NCBI GenBank assembly: GCA_015056815.1
Contig: SVFN01000028.1
Location: 399-64,398, forward strand
DNA length: 64,000 nt
Reading direction: 5' to 3'
Origin: Lachnospiraceae bacterium
Lineage (GTDB): Bacteria; Bacillota; Clostridia; Lachnospirales; Lachnospiraceae
Positions 1-8,346 of the stretch are shown here, piece after piece. Position 1 is the stretch's first letter. Each line of letters begins with the position of its first letter. The notes under the pieces were generated by a model. That model was not told the DNA's origin, did no database searches, and saw only the letters and a program-made list of their open reading frames with translations. The translations under genes and the position numbers were made by a program.

Positions 1-69
1 AAAAGGCATGAAGGGCAAAAACCAGAAAGTGAAAAAACTGTGATTCAGGGATGGTATCGCCCACTATAA
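1..69 (+). CDS. 3' end of an unidentified upstream CDS (partial)
   Basis: Frame 1 is open from the window edge to TAA at 67-69, and an intrinsic terminator follows. Only 22 codons are visible, so no product call is possible. Confidence 0.3.
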   Translation, partial: KRHEGQKPESEKTVIQGWYRPL

Positions 70-86
70 CATAACAGCTTGCACTT

Positions 87-117
87 AAGAGGAGACTGTA
101 ACGGTCTCCTCTTTTTT
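87..117 (+). terminator. Rho-independent terminator
   Basis: AAGAGGAGAC (87-96) pairs with GTCTCCTCTT (104-113) across a 7-nt loop. The T-run continues to 117. Confidence 0.8.
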
Positions 118-160
118 AGGTGTGCCTAGCGGCGCACGTTTCTAATGGGTTCAAGTCCCG

Positions 161-1186
161 TCAGCTTTTATTTGCGGAGTGCCATTCCCTGGCCTGTCTG
201 GCATAGTCTTTGGCGATATCCAGCTCATCCAGCTTTTGATAGCAGTCGGAAAGCTTGGCAAGCGGATAATCACCGCCACAGTGCAGATTCAGGATGGGCT
301 TTGTCTCAAAGGCGGCGTTGTAGAACCAGATGATCGCTTCATCATAGTCTTTTTGCGCTTCATAAAAGCATCCCAGCTCATAACAGATCTCGGAACAGCT
401 TTCGCTTATTACATTCTTTAATGCGTATTTATAAAAAGAGACCACATCTCCGCTGATACGATAGGCATGTGCCAGTACACAGCAGGCTTCCAGAATCTCA
501 TCACTGTCACGGCTTGTATCCATGACAGACTCGGAAAAAAAGGCAATGGCCTCCAGAAAATCTTTTTTCTCTCCGGCAATAAACAACTCTTTGGCATAGA
601 TATTATGAAGACGTTTGGTCAGCCTCATGTTATCGCGGTACATTTTGCGGAAGGATTCGAGATCCCTCGAGGCGTGCAGGGATTCCGGCCTGTGAATGAT
701 CTCGATATCGCTGTCATAAATAACAGGCTCTAAACGCACCGCCTCGTGAATGGGATTTACCCATTTAAACTGCCGTACCCGCTTATAAAGTTTCGGGCGC
801 AGTTCTTTATCAAAATTATAGATGGTGTTGAAGGCAAGCTGATTGCAATAATACATCTGAACAATCTCAATCTCCGGAAGAAGCCCCATTTTCAGGATCT
901 TGAATTTCTGAATATTGACGGAATCGAGAACCTCATCGGCATCCGCACAATAAATGTACTCTTTTGTGGCCTTGGAAAAAGAAAAATTGCGCGCATCTGA
1001 AAAATTACCGGTCCATTGATAATCATAGATCAGATGGGTATATTTGGAAGCGATTTCCTTTGTACGGTCTGTGGAACCGGTATCGACGATGATGATCTCA
1101 TCCATCAGAGGAGCAAGCGGCCCAAGACATCGGTCCAGAACCTTCTCCTCATTTTTTACGATCATGCAAAGACTGATAGTGATCAT
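161..1186 (-). CDS. Family 2 glycosyltransferase with C-terminal TPR-like repeats
   Basis: The N-terminus ISLCMIVKNEE..LDRCL..DEIIIVDTGSTDRT..DARN is a typical GT2 (GT-A, DxD-type) signature. The C-terminal half is helical-repeat-like (YELGCFYEAQKDYDEAIIWFYNAA). I moved the start to MITISL because GGAGGTG lies 6 nt upstream; the ORF track starts at 1201. Confidence 0.75.
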   Translation of the reverse strand: MITISLCMIVKNEEKVLDRCLGPLAPLMDEIIIVDTGSTDRTKEIASKYTHLIYDYQWTGNFSDARNFSFSKATKEYIYCADADEVLDSVNIQKFKILKMGLLPEIEIVQMYYCNQLAFNTIYNFDKELRPKLYKRVRQFKWVNPIHEAVRLEPVIYDSDIEIIHRPESLHASRDLESFRKMYRDNMRLTKRLHNIYAKELFIAGEKKDFLEAIAFFSESVMDTSRDSDEILEACCVLAHAYRISGDVVSFYKYALKNVISESCSEICYELGCFYEAQKDYDEAIIWFYNAAFETKPILNLHCGGDYPLAKLSDCYQKLDELDIAKDYARQAREWHSANKS

Positions 1187-1433
1187 AAGTACACCTCCCA
1201 TGTCTGAGTGCTCTCTTGTTCGCTGGCTGTTCAGGCGGATCCAATGCTGTACCTGTAGTGCACAGATTCCTTCTGATATCTTATTTTAACACAAATCCGG
1301 CTTTTTTCCTATGTCGTTTGCTGAATGGAAATTTAAAATCCGGAAAAAGAAGGGGCGTCCTGATTTTGCAAAAGATGCTTTGATGTGGTAGGATGATATA
1401 TTGAAGGAGTAAAACAGGAAAGACGGGTGAAGG

Positions 1434-3017
1434 ATGAGAAGAAGATACCAATACATTTTATTTGATTTAGATGGCACGCTGACAGATTCGAAACCGGGGA
1501 TTACGAAATGTGTACAGTTTGCGTTGGAAAGCTTTGGGATCCGGGAAGATAATGTGGATCATCTGGAGAAATTCATTGGTCCGCCTCTTAGGCAAAGCTT
1601 TCCGGAATATTATGGATTTGATGATGAACAGACCGCAAAGGCGATTAAAAAATACAGAGAGCGTTACAATACCAAAGGAGTCTACGAAAATGAGATCTAT
1701 CCACATATGGCGGATTTTTTAAAAGAGTGCAAAGAGAGCGGCTGTAAGCTGGCGATCGCATCGAGCAAGCCACAGTATCTGGTGGAGCAGGTTTTGGAGC
1801 ATTTTGAGATCCGGCGTTTTTTTGATGTGATCATCGGCGCACTGGGCGATGGAGTCAGAGATACGAAAACAGAAGTGATGGAGGAGGCGCTCCGTTGCTT
1901 TTTCCCGGACACAAACCGCAGACGGGGAAAGGAAGACCTGCGGGATATGACGAAAGAAGCTTTCCCGCGCACGAAGGTATTGATGGTGGGAGACAGGGGC
2001 TTTGATATTGAGGGAGCAAAACATTTTGGCATAGAGAGTCTTGGCGTGACCTATGGATATGCACCGGACGGAGAATTAAAACAGGCGGGAGCGGACTATC
2101 TGGCAGACTCATTGGAGGGAATGCGACGGGTTATATTGGGGAGCTGGCAGAGTGAACAGCAAAAGAAACTTCCTTCGATCAAAAAAAGTATGGAGATCCT
2201 GCTGCCATTATGCTTTTACTGGCTTCTGACACAGCTTGTGATCCTGATCGCCGGAGTTATCATAGGAGTACTGAATGGAAACTCACAGACAGGAGGACAG
2301 GCAGCATGGATACGGGCGCATTCTGATCAGATCGCTGTATGGATCAATGGAATGGCGGTCGTGGCCACCTATCCGTTTACGTTTGCTTTATTTCGTCAGG
2401 ATCGAAAGACAGAAATGTCTGCGATCGTGACAAGATATAATGATAAGCGTATGAAGAAATGGAGTATTCCGATCTTTGTCTGGGCGGGGAGCGTAGCGCT
2501 GGGGCTGAATATTTTACTGGAGAAGCTCGCTGTTATGAGACACAGCGCTTCGTTTGCAAAGGTAAGCAGCATTCAGTTTTCTGTTTCCGCAACAGTGGGA
2601 ATACTGATCTTCGGGATACTTACACCGATCGGTGAAGAGCTGATATTCAGAGGAATTCTTTATAACCGGATGAAGCGGTATTTTTCCCCGCTTTTGTCGG
2701 TGGTTTTGTCTGCCTTTATCTTTGGGATCTATCACGGTAATCTGGTTCAGTTTGTTTATGCCTTTGGAATGGGCATTTGCATGGCGATTTTGTATGAAAG
2801 CTTTGAAAGGATTTCAGCACCGGTTTTTTTTCATTGCGGAGCCAATACGTTTGTTTATCTTGTGACCAAGATGAAAACTTTGTCGGAAACGCTTGGCAAT
2901 AGTACCTGTATGACCATATGTCTGGTCTTAACGGGACTGGGAATCTGCTTTTTGCTCAAAAGGCAGTGCCTGACGTTTGAAATTGAGCAGAATGTACACC
3001 GAAAACGAGAGTGTTGA
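1434..3017 (+). CDS. HAD-superfamily phosphatase fused to a CPBP (CAAX/Abi) intramembrane protease-like domain
   Basis: HAD motif I FDLDGTLTDS at residues 9-18 and motif IV VGDRGFD. The C-terminal polytopic region carries CPBP motifs EELIFRG, FGIYHGN and HCGAN. It is one uninterrupted 527-aa ORF. Confidence 0.8.
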   Translation: MRRRYQYILFDLDGTLTDSKPGITKCVQFALESFGIREDNVDHLEKFIGPPLRQSFPEYYGFDDEQTAKAIKKYRERYNTKGVYENEIYPHMADFLKECKESGCKLAIASSKPQYLVEQVLEHFEIRRFFDVIIGALGDGVRDTKTEVMEEALRCFFPDTNRRRGKEDLRDMTKEAFPRTKVLMVGDRGFDIEGAKHFGIESLGVTYGYAPDGELKQAGADYLADSLEGMRRVILGSWQSEQQKKLPSIKKSMEILLPLCFYWLLTQLVILIAGVIIGVLNGNSQTGGQAAWIRAHSDQIAVWINGMAVVATYPFTFALFRQDRKTEMSAIVTRYNDKRMKKWSIPIFVWAGSVALGLNILLEKLAVMRHSASFAKVSSIQFSVSATVGILIFGILTPIGEELIFRGILYNRMKRYFSPLLSVVLSAFIFGIYHGNLVQFVYAFGMGICMAILYESFERISAPVFFHCGANTFVYLVTKMKTLSETLGNSTCMTICLVLTGLGICFLLKRQCLTFEIEQNVHRKREC

Positions 3018-3365
3018 CAAACCCTTTTACGCAAAAGGGGGACGGAAGAAAGAAAAAACTGTCACTGTTTAAAACGATAAAACATTAGCAAAAGCAGTAA
3101 TATCAGGTGATCATGGCGTTTTTTGCCGGAAACTGGGTCGAAAAATACTGGTTTTTTGACAGGAAAAAATTACGATAAAAATCGGCTCTGTTCCTATAAA
3201 AAACGTCAGAAAAACACTTTCTTTGTGCAAACTTTCACGCTGGCGCAGGAAGGTATTTGTCCGTAAAACAGAATAATAGAAAATAAATGCCGGATATCGC
3301 CGGAATTTTGTGCAAATGAGCGAAAGTTTCTGCGAAAAAACGAGTGTGAAAGCAAGGACAGCCTC

Positions 3366-3393
3366 TTTACATTTTTACATAAATATGTATAAT
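3366..3393 (+). promoter_or_regulatory. Candidate sigma-A promoter (TTTACA-16 nt-TATAAT)
   Basis: TTTACA at 3366-3371 and TATAAT at 3388-3393 with a 16-nt spacer. This would give a leader of about 130 nt before the 3532 CDS. Confidence 0.4.
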
Positions 3394-3531
3394 TTTATCG
3401 TCCGGGGAAATCCTATACGAAGAAAGGAACAGGGAAAATGTTCCAGAGCACTGTCCGGATTTTACAGTCAGGGGAGTTTTGGTGTTATGCTTTGAGGCGT
3501 GTACATCTAATTATGAAAGGTGGTTTTTTGT

Positions 3532-3759
3532 ATGGCAGAGCGTAAAATAATGCTGAGAAAAGAAGAAGTAGCGGATTTTGTAACGATGGCCGGTAAATGT
3601 GATTTTGATATCGACATTGCCTATAACCGGTATACGGTAGATGCCAAATCCATTCTTGGAGTGTTGGCATTAGACTTACGGCAGGTTCTGACAGTTCGGT
3701 ATAATGGTTATGACGCTGGCTTTGAAGAATTTTTGGGGAAATTTGCACTGGCGAGCTAA
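3532..3759 (+). CDS. HPr-like small protein lacking the His15 phosphorylation loop
   Basis: GKCDFDIDIAYNRYTVDAKSILGVLALDLRQVLTVRYNGYD aligns by eye with HPr residues about 28-70 ([29 protein letters not shown]...). The N-terminal GIHARPA loop is absent. AAAGGTGG lies upstream of the ATG at 3532. Confidence 0.6.
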   Translation: MAERKIMLRKEEVADFVTMAGKCDFDIDIAYNRYTVDAKSILGVLALDLRQVLTVRYNGYDAGFEEFLGKFALAS

Positions 3760-3784
3760 GATGAGATATATGAAAAGAGAGAGA

Positions 3785-3820
3785 AAAAGAGCTTCGGGTA
3801 ACCGGAGCTCTTTTGTTTTG
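3785..3820 (+). terminator. Rho-independent terminator
   Basis: AAAGAGCTTCGG-gtaa-CCGGAGCTCTTT stem with one mismatch, followed by TTTTGTTTTG. Confidence 0.75.
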
Positions 3821-3875
3821 AAAATGCCTATGCTAAAATGATGGTAATAAAACAGATGGAAAAGAGGAAGGCATC

Positions 3876-6293
3876 GTGCAGATTTTTATTTCCGTACGCA
3901 ATTTTGTGGAATTTCTGTTGCGTGAAGGTGATATCGACAATCGAAGAACGACGGGGAGCGAGAATGCGCTCCTGGATGGAAGTCGTATCCATCGTCTATT
4001 GCAAAGCAGGATGGGGAAAGAGTATACAGCGGAGGTTTCTCTGAGACATGTGATCGACTGTGAACGATATCAGATCGTGTTGGATGGCAGGGCAGACGGG
4101 ATCATACGGACATCACAGCAGGTGATCGTGGATGAGATCAAAGGGACTTACCGGGAATTGAAGTTTGTGACAAAGCCGGTACCGGTGCATCTGGCACAGG
4201 CGAAATGCTATGCCTACATTTATGCTTTGCAGAATGAACTTTCCGCGATTGGAGTACGGATGACTTACTGCAATATGGATACGGAGGAGATAATTTATTT
4301 TCACGAGAATCTTACCTTTGCGGAGCTGAAAAAATGGTTTGACGGATTGGTGCAAAGCTACCGGAAATGGGCAGATTTTTCCTATGACTGGAAAAACGTG
4401 AGAACATCTTCCGCAAAGGCTCTTTCCTTTCCGTTTGTTTACAGAGAGGGACAGAAGGAGTTGGCAGGCTATGTGTATACCACTCTTGTGAGGGAACGGA
4501 AGCTGTTTATACAGGCACCGACCGGAGTTGGTAAGACGATCTCTACGATTTTTCCGGCCGTTAAGGCGATCGGAGAACAGAAGGCAGAAAAACTCTTTTA
4601 TCTGACAGCCAAGACGATCACAAGAACGGTGGCGAAGGATGCGTTTGATCTGCTGCGTAAAAACGGGCTGAGTTTTAAGACTGTGATTCTGACTGCAAAA
4701 GAAAAGATCTGCTTTTGCGAAGAAGCTGTTTGCAATCCGGATGCCTGTCCTTATGCGAAGGGACATTTTGACCGGATCAATGAGGCGATCTATGAGCTCT
4801 TGACAAAGGAAGACGATTTTAACAGGGAAACGATCGAAGAATACGCCGGACGGCATCAGGTCTGTCCGTTTGAAATGGCATTGGATATGAGCCTGTTTGC
4901 GGATGCAGTGATCTGCGATTATAATTACTTGTTTGATCCGTATGTTTATTTGCGGCGTTTCTTTACGGAAGGTGCAAAGGGAGACTATTATTTTCTGATC
5001 GATGAGGCACACAATCTGGTAGACAGAGGAAGGGAAATGTACAGTGCCGGTCTGGTGAAAGAGGATTTTCTGACACTGAAGAAGCTGATCGCGCCATATG
5101 GGACCGGATTGGAACGGTATCTGAATGCCTGCAATAAAGAGCTTCTCGCACTTAAAAAGACCTGTGATACCATACAGATCGATCCGCCGGCAGGAAGCTT
5201 TGCCATGGCGCTTTCGAGACTGCACAATGCCATGAATACATACCTGGAGGAACATGAGGAAAGCCCGGTGAAGGAGGAAATCCTGCAGTTTTATTTTGAG
5301 ATCTCCCGTTTTTTAGATGTGTATGAACGCATGGATGAGAATTATGTAACCTATACAGAATACCGGAACGATGGCAGCTTTTTCATAAAAGAATATTGCG
5401 TCAACCCGGCGACCAGACTGGAGGAATGCATGGAAAGAGGGAAAAGTTCGATCCTGTTTTCGGCCACTTTTCTGCCGATCCAGTATTATAAAAGTCTTTT
5501 GGGAGGTACGAAGGAGGATTATGAGGTATATGCGAAGTCAACCTTTGCGCCCGAGAAGAGAGGATTGTTCATCGGAAGTGATGTGACCAGCCGCTATACA
5601 AGGCGTGGCGGGACGGAATACTATAATATTGCAGCATATCTGTCAGGGATCGTTGGCGCAAAACGAGGAAATTACCTGATTTTTTTTCCGTCACATAAGT
5701 TTCTGGAACAGGTATATGAGGCCTTTATGGATCACTTTTATGTGGAAAATGAACAGGAATGCATCGTACAGCGAGAATATATGGATGAAAAGGAAAGAGA
5801 GGCATTTCTGGAGCGTTTCAGAGGCGTTGCGGAGTCGGAGTTCGAAGAATTTTCCGGAAAGATTGAAATGGAAATTGAGTGGGAAGAACGGTCATTAATT
5901 GGCTTTTGCGTCCTGGGAGGAATCTTTGGCGAGGGGATCGATTTAAAGCATGACAGCCTTATCGGGGCAGTTATTGTAGGAACCGGATTGCCGCAAGTGT
6001 GCAACGAGCGCGAACTGATCCGGAATTATTTTGAAGAACAGGGAAAGAACGGCTTTGATTATGCCTATCGGTATCCCGGAATGAATAAGGTCCTTCAGGC
6101 AGCCGGACGGGTGATCCGGACAGCCGAGGATATTGGAATCGTGGCACTTTTGGATGAGCGGTTTCTGGAAATGGCCTACCAGAATCTATTCCCCAGAGAG
6201 TGGAAACAGCATCGGGTGATGAAACTGGGAGAGTGCCGGAATGCTGTTTGTGAATTCTGGGAGAGAGCACTTGGGGGAAAAAGAGAATCATAA
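3876..6293 (+). CDS. XPD/DinG-family (Rad3-like) DNA helicase with an N-terminal PD-(D/E)XK nuclease-like domain
   Basis: Walker A APTGVGKT, DEAH box (IDEAHNL), and a Cys cluster ICFCEEAVCNPDAC in the helicase arch region. The first ~190 aa carry GRADGI ... VDEIKG ... QAKCYAY, a PD-(D/E)XK / Cas4-RecB-like pattern. GTG start with a GAGGAAGG RBS. Confidence 0.8.
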   Translation: MQIFISVRNFVEFLLREGDIDNRRTTGSENALLDGSRIHRLLQSRMGKEYTAEVSLRHVIDCERYQIVLDGRADGIIRTSQQVIVDEIKGTYRELKFVTKPVPVHLAQAKCYAYIYALQNELSAIGVRMTYCNMDTEEIIYFHENLTFAELKKWFDGLVQSYRKWADFSYDWKNVRTSSAKALSFPFVYREGQKELAGYVYTTLVRERKLFIQAPTGVGKTISTIFPAVKAIGEQKAEKLFYLTAKTITRTVAKDAFDLLRKNGLSFKTVILTAKEKICFCEEAVCNPDACPYAKGHFDRINEAIYELLTKEDDFNRETIEEYAGRHQVCPFEMALDMSLFADAVICDYNYLFDPYVYLRRFFTEGAKGDYYFLIDEAHNLVDRGREMYSAGLVKEDFLTLKKLIAPYGTGLERYLNACNKELLALKKTCDTIQIDPPAGSFAMALSRLHNAMNTYLEEHEESPVKEEILQFYFEISRFLDVYERMDENYVTYTEYRNDGSFFIKEYCVNPATRLEECMERGKSSILFSATFLPIQYYKSLLGGTKEDYEVYAKSTFAPEKRGLFIGSDVTSRYTRRGGTEYYNIAAYLSGIVGAKRGNYLIFFPSHKFLEQVYEAFMDHFYVENEQECIVQREYMDEKEREAFLERFRGVAESEFEEFSGKIEMEIEWEERSLIGFCVLGGIFGEGIDLKHDSLIGAVIVGTGLPQVCNERELIRNYFEEQGKNGFDYAYRYPGMNKVLQAAGRVIRTAEDIGIVALLDERFLEMAYQNLFPREWKQHRVMKLGECRNAVCEFWERALGGKRES

Positions 6294-6307
6294 AAAATAA
6301 TATAAAG

Positions 6308-6352
6308 CAGATGTTATCGAAATGTGGAGAAGAGACGATAACATCTGTTTTA
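6308..6352 (+). terminator. Rho-independent terminator
   Basis: CAGATGTTATCG (6308-6319) pairs with CGATAACATCTG (6336-6347), followed by TTTT. Confidence 0.75.
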
Positions 6353-6632
6353 TATTGCGCAAAAATGAATGCGGAGGAAAAGAAACGGAAAAAGTCAAAG
6401 ATGTGGTCATAATAGGAAAACCAAAAAGTAACACGCGTTATATGATGGAATACAACAGGTGGATGGAAAGGACGGAAGAAATACGGTATGCATATAACGC
6501 CTGTAATATATATAAAAAATGCAAAAATAGGTTCACATAAAAGCTTTTTTTAAAAAATTATGTATCTTTCCGGAAAATGATGGATGGGAGCGAAATGCGG
6601 GAAAAACAGATTATTTTGCAGGAATTGACGTC

Positions 6633-6685
6633 ATATCCACAGAATAGATGACAAGAAAGATTTTTGTGGATAACTCTGTGGAAAT
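6633..6685. promoter_or_regulatory. Cluster of DnaA-box-like 9-mers
   Basis: ATATCCACA at 6633-6641 (1 mismatch). TGTGGATAA at 6665-6673 is a perfect TTATCCACA on the minus strand. TGTGGAAAT at 6677-6685 has 2 mismatches. Confidence 0.35.
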
Positions 6686-7029
6686 GGGGGATTACTTCTT
6701 GATGAGTACGATATAATGGACTTTGCTTTAAAACTTGCAAAAAAATGATGCAATTTATCCGTCAGATAACAATATTTATTTATTGTCATTATGTAAACTG
6801 AATAAAACGCTTGCTATTTTTATGAAATGAAATATGCAGAAACGTGTGTTTTTCTTAAAAATTTCTTAGGTATATGGATTTTTAAAAGTGGTTGTGATAG
6901 AATGGTCGGCGTATAGTGAAGAACCTGTAACCAATCAATCAGTAAGTGAATAATAGTGCCGGAGAGCATAAAACGCTGAAGTGCAGTCTGTTTACTTACG
7001 GAGCCGATTATTATAGAAAGAAGGAAAGT

Positions 7030-8346
7030 ATGATGTGGGCGTATGAGAGTGTATTTTATCAGATCTATCCACTTGGATTCTGCAAAGCTCCATTTGAGAA
7101 TGATGGTGTGAGGGAACACCGGATTTTAAAAGTGCTGGACTGGGTGGATCATATTAAAAAGAATGGTTTTAATGCGATTTATTTTTCGCCGGTGTTTGAG
7201 TCGGATACACATGGTTATAATACTCGTGATTATACGAAGGTTGATACAAGACTTGGAACCAATGAGGACTTTAAAAAAGTATGTGATGCTCTTCATAAGG
7301 AAGGAATCCGCATTGTGCTGGATGGAGTCTTCAATCATGTGGGACGTGGGTTCTGGGCATTTCAGGATGTTTTGCAAAACAGAGAAAATTCACGCTATAA
7401 AGACTGGTTCTACCGGATTGATTTTGGCGGCAATTCCAATTATAATGACGGACTCTGGTATGAAGGGTGGGAAGGCAACTATGATCTGGTAAAGCTGAAC
7501 CTTCGGAATGAAGAAGTGATCTGTCATATTCTGGAAGCTGTCAGAGGCTGGATCGAGGAGTTTGACATCGATGGATTAAGGCTGGATGTTGCATATTGTC
7601 TTGATGAAGAGTTTGTGCGCAGGCTGCGGGGATTCTGTGACAGCCTGAAAACGGATTTTTTCCTTCTGGGCGAAATGCTTCACGGAGATTATAATCGTAT
7701 GGTAAATGATTCCATGCTCCATTCTGCAACCAATTACGAGTGTTACAAAGGGCTGTATTCCAGTTTTAACAGCATGAACATGTTTGAGATCATTCACTCG
7801 CTGCTTCGTCAGTTTGGACCGGAGAACTGGACACTTTACAAAGGAAAACATATGTTATCATTTGTGGATAACCATGATGTTACCAGAGTGGCAAGCATTC
7901 TGAACAATGAAAAACATTTACCGCTTATCTACGCACTGATGTTTGCAATGCCGGGGATTCCCTGCGTATATTACGGAAGTGAATGGGGGGCAAAAGCGAA
8001 CAAATCGGAGGGTGATCCGGCGCTGCGCGCCAGTTTTGATGCGCCGCAGGAGAATGAACTGACGGAATGGATCGCAAAGCTGGCAGAGGCGAAGAAGAAG
8101 AGCGAGGCTTTGAATTACGGAGACTTCCGTTCGGTATTACTGACCAATAAGCAATGTATTTTCGAGCGAAAAACGGCAAATGAAAGGGTACTGGCTGCGA
8201 TCAATGCGGACGGAGAAGAGTTTGTCGCTCATTTTGATGCAGGATGCGGCCAGGCTGTAGATCTAATAACGGGTGATATTCATGACTTTGGCGGCGGAAG
8301 TCATCTCCCGCCTTATTCTGCCGCGCTTTGGAAAATGGAAAGATAA
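7030..8346 (+). CDS. GH13 alpha-amylase-family glycoside hydrolase (intracellular)
   Basis: All four GH13 regions are present: DGVFNHVG, GLRLDVAYC, LLGEMLHGD and FVDNHDVTR. There is no signal peptide. Start moved to MMWAYESVFYQIYP, which has an AAGGAAAG RBS. Confidence 0.85.
   Translation: MMWAYESVFYQIYPLGFCKAPFENDGVREHRILKVLDWVDHIKKNGFNAIYFSPVFESDTHGYNTRDYTKVDTRLGTNEDFKKVCDALHKEGIRIVLDGVFNHVGRGFWAFQDVLQNRENSRYKDWFYRIDFGGNSNYNDGLWYEGWEGNYDLVKLNLRNEEVICHILEAVRGWIEEFDIDGLRLDVAYCLDEEFVRRLRGFCDSLKTDFFLLGEMLHGDYNRMVNDSMLHSATNYECYKGLYSSFNSMNMFEIIHSLLRQFGPENWTLYKGKHMLSFVDNHDVTRVASILNNEKHLPLIYALMFAMPGIPCVYYGSEWGAKANKSEGDPALRASFDAPQENELTEWIAKLAEAKKKSEALNYGDFRSVLLTNKQCIFERKTANERVLAAINADGEEFVAHFDAGCGQAVDLITGDIHDFGGGSHLPPYSAALWKMER

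Noticed and set aside
3394-3531. Possible riboswitch, e.g. c-di-GMP or a sugar-phosphate class, in the leader of the HPr-like gene
   Set aside because: I see no conserved core of any riboswitch class I can recall, and only one short hairpin. Kept as an 'unexplained leader' note, not as an RNA gene.
4113-5255. 380-aa minus-strand ORF inside the helicase gene
   Set aside because: It is fully antisense to a CDS with strong motif support. The composition is Cys/Arg/Ile/Phe-rich, with no motifs and no RBS. I applied the same reasoning to other long antisense ORFs: 22133-23374 (valS), 25834-26598 (folC), 9610-10269 and 10711-11448 (surface protein/permease), 24620-25156 (FapA), 33095-33577 (EAL), 37778-38284 (regulator), 60245-60895 (argB) and 61941-62723 (argD).
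6322-6740. Small ORFs 6322-6540 (plus strand) and 6558-6740 (minus strand) in the helicase/GH13 gap
   Set aside because: The first begins inside the helicase terminator hairpin. Both lack an RBS and have the odd composition typical of AT-rich non-coding DNA. I treat the region as regulatory or non-coding.
6790-6815. Possible CcpA cre site (ATAAAACGCTTGCT) upstream of the GH13 gene
   Set aside because: Only the central CG and a few flanking positions match TGWNANCGNTNWCA. Both conserved outer dinucleotides (TG..CA) are wrong.
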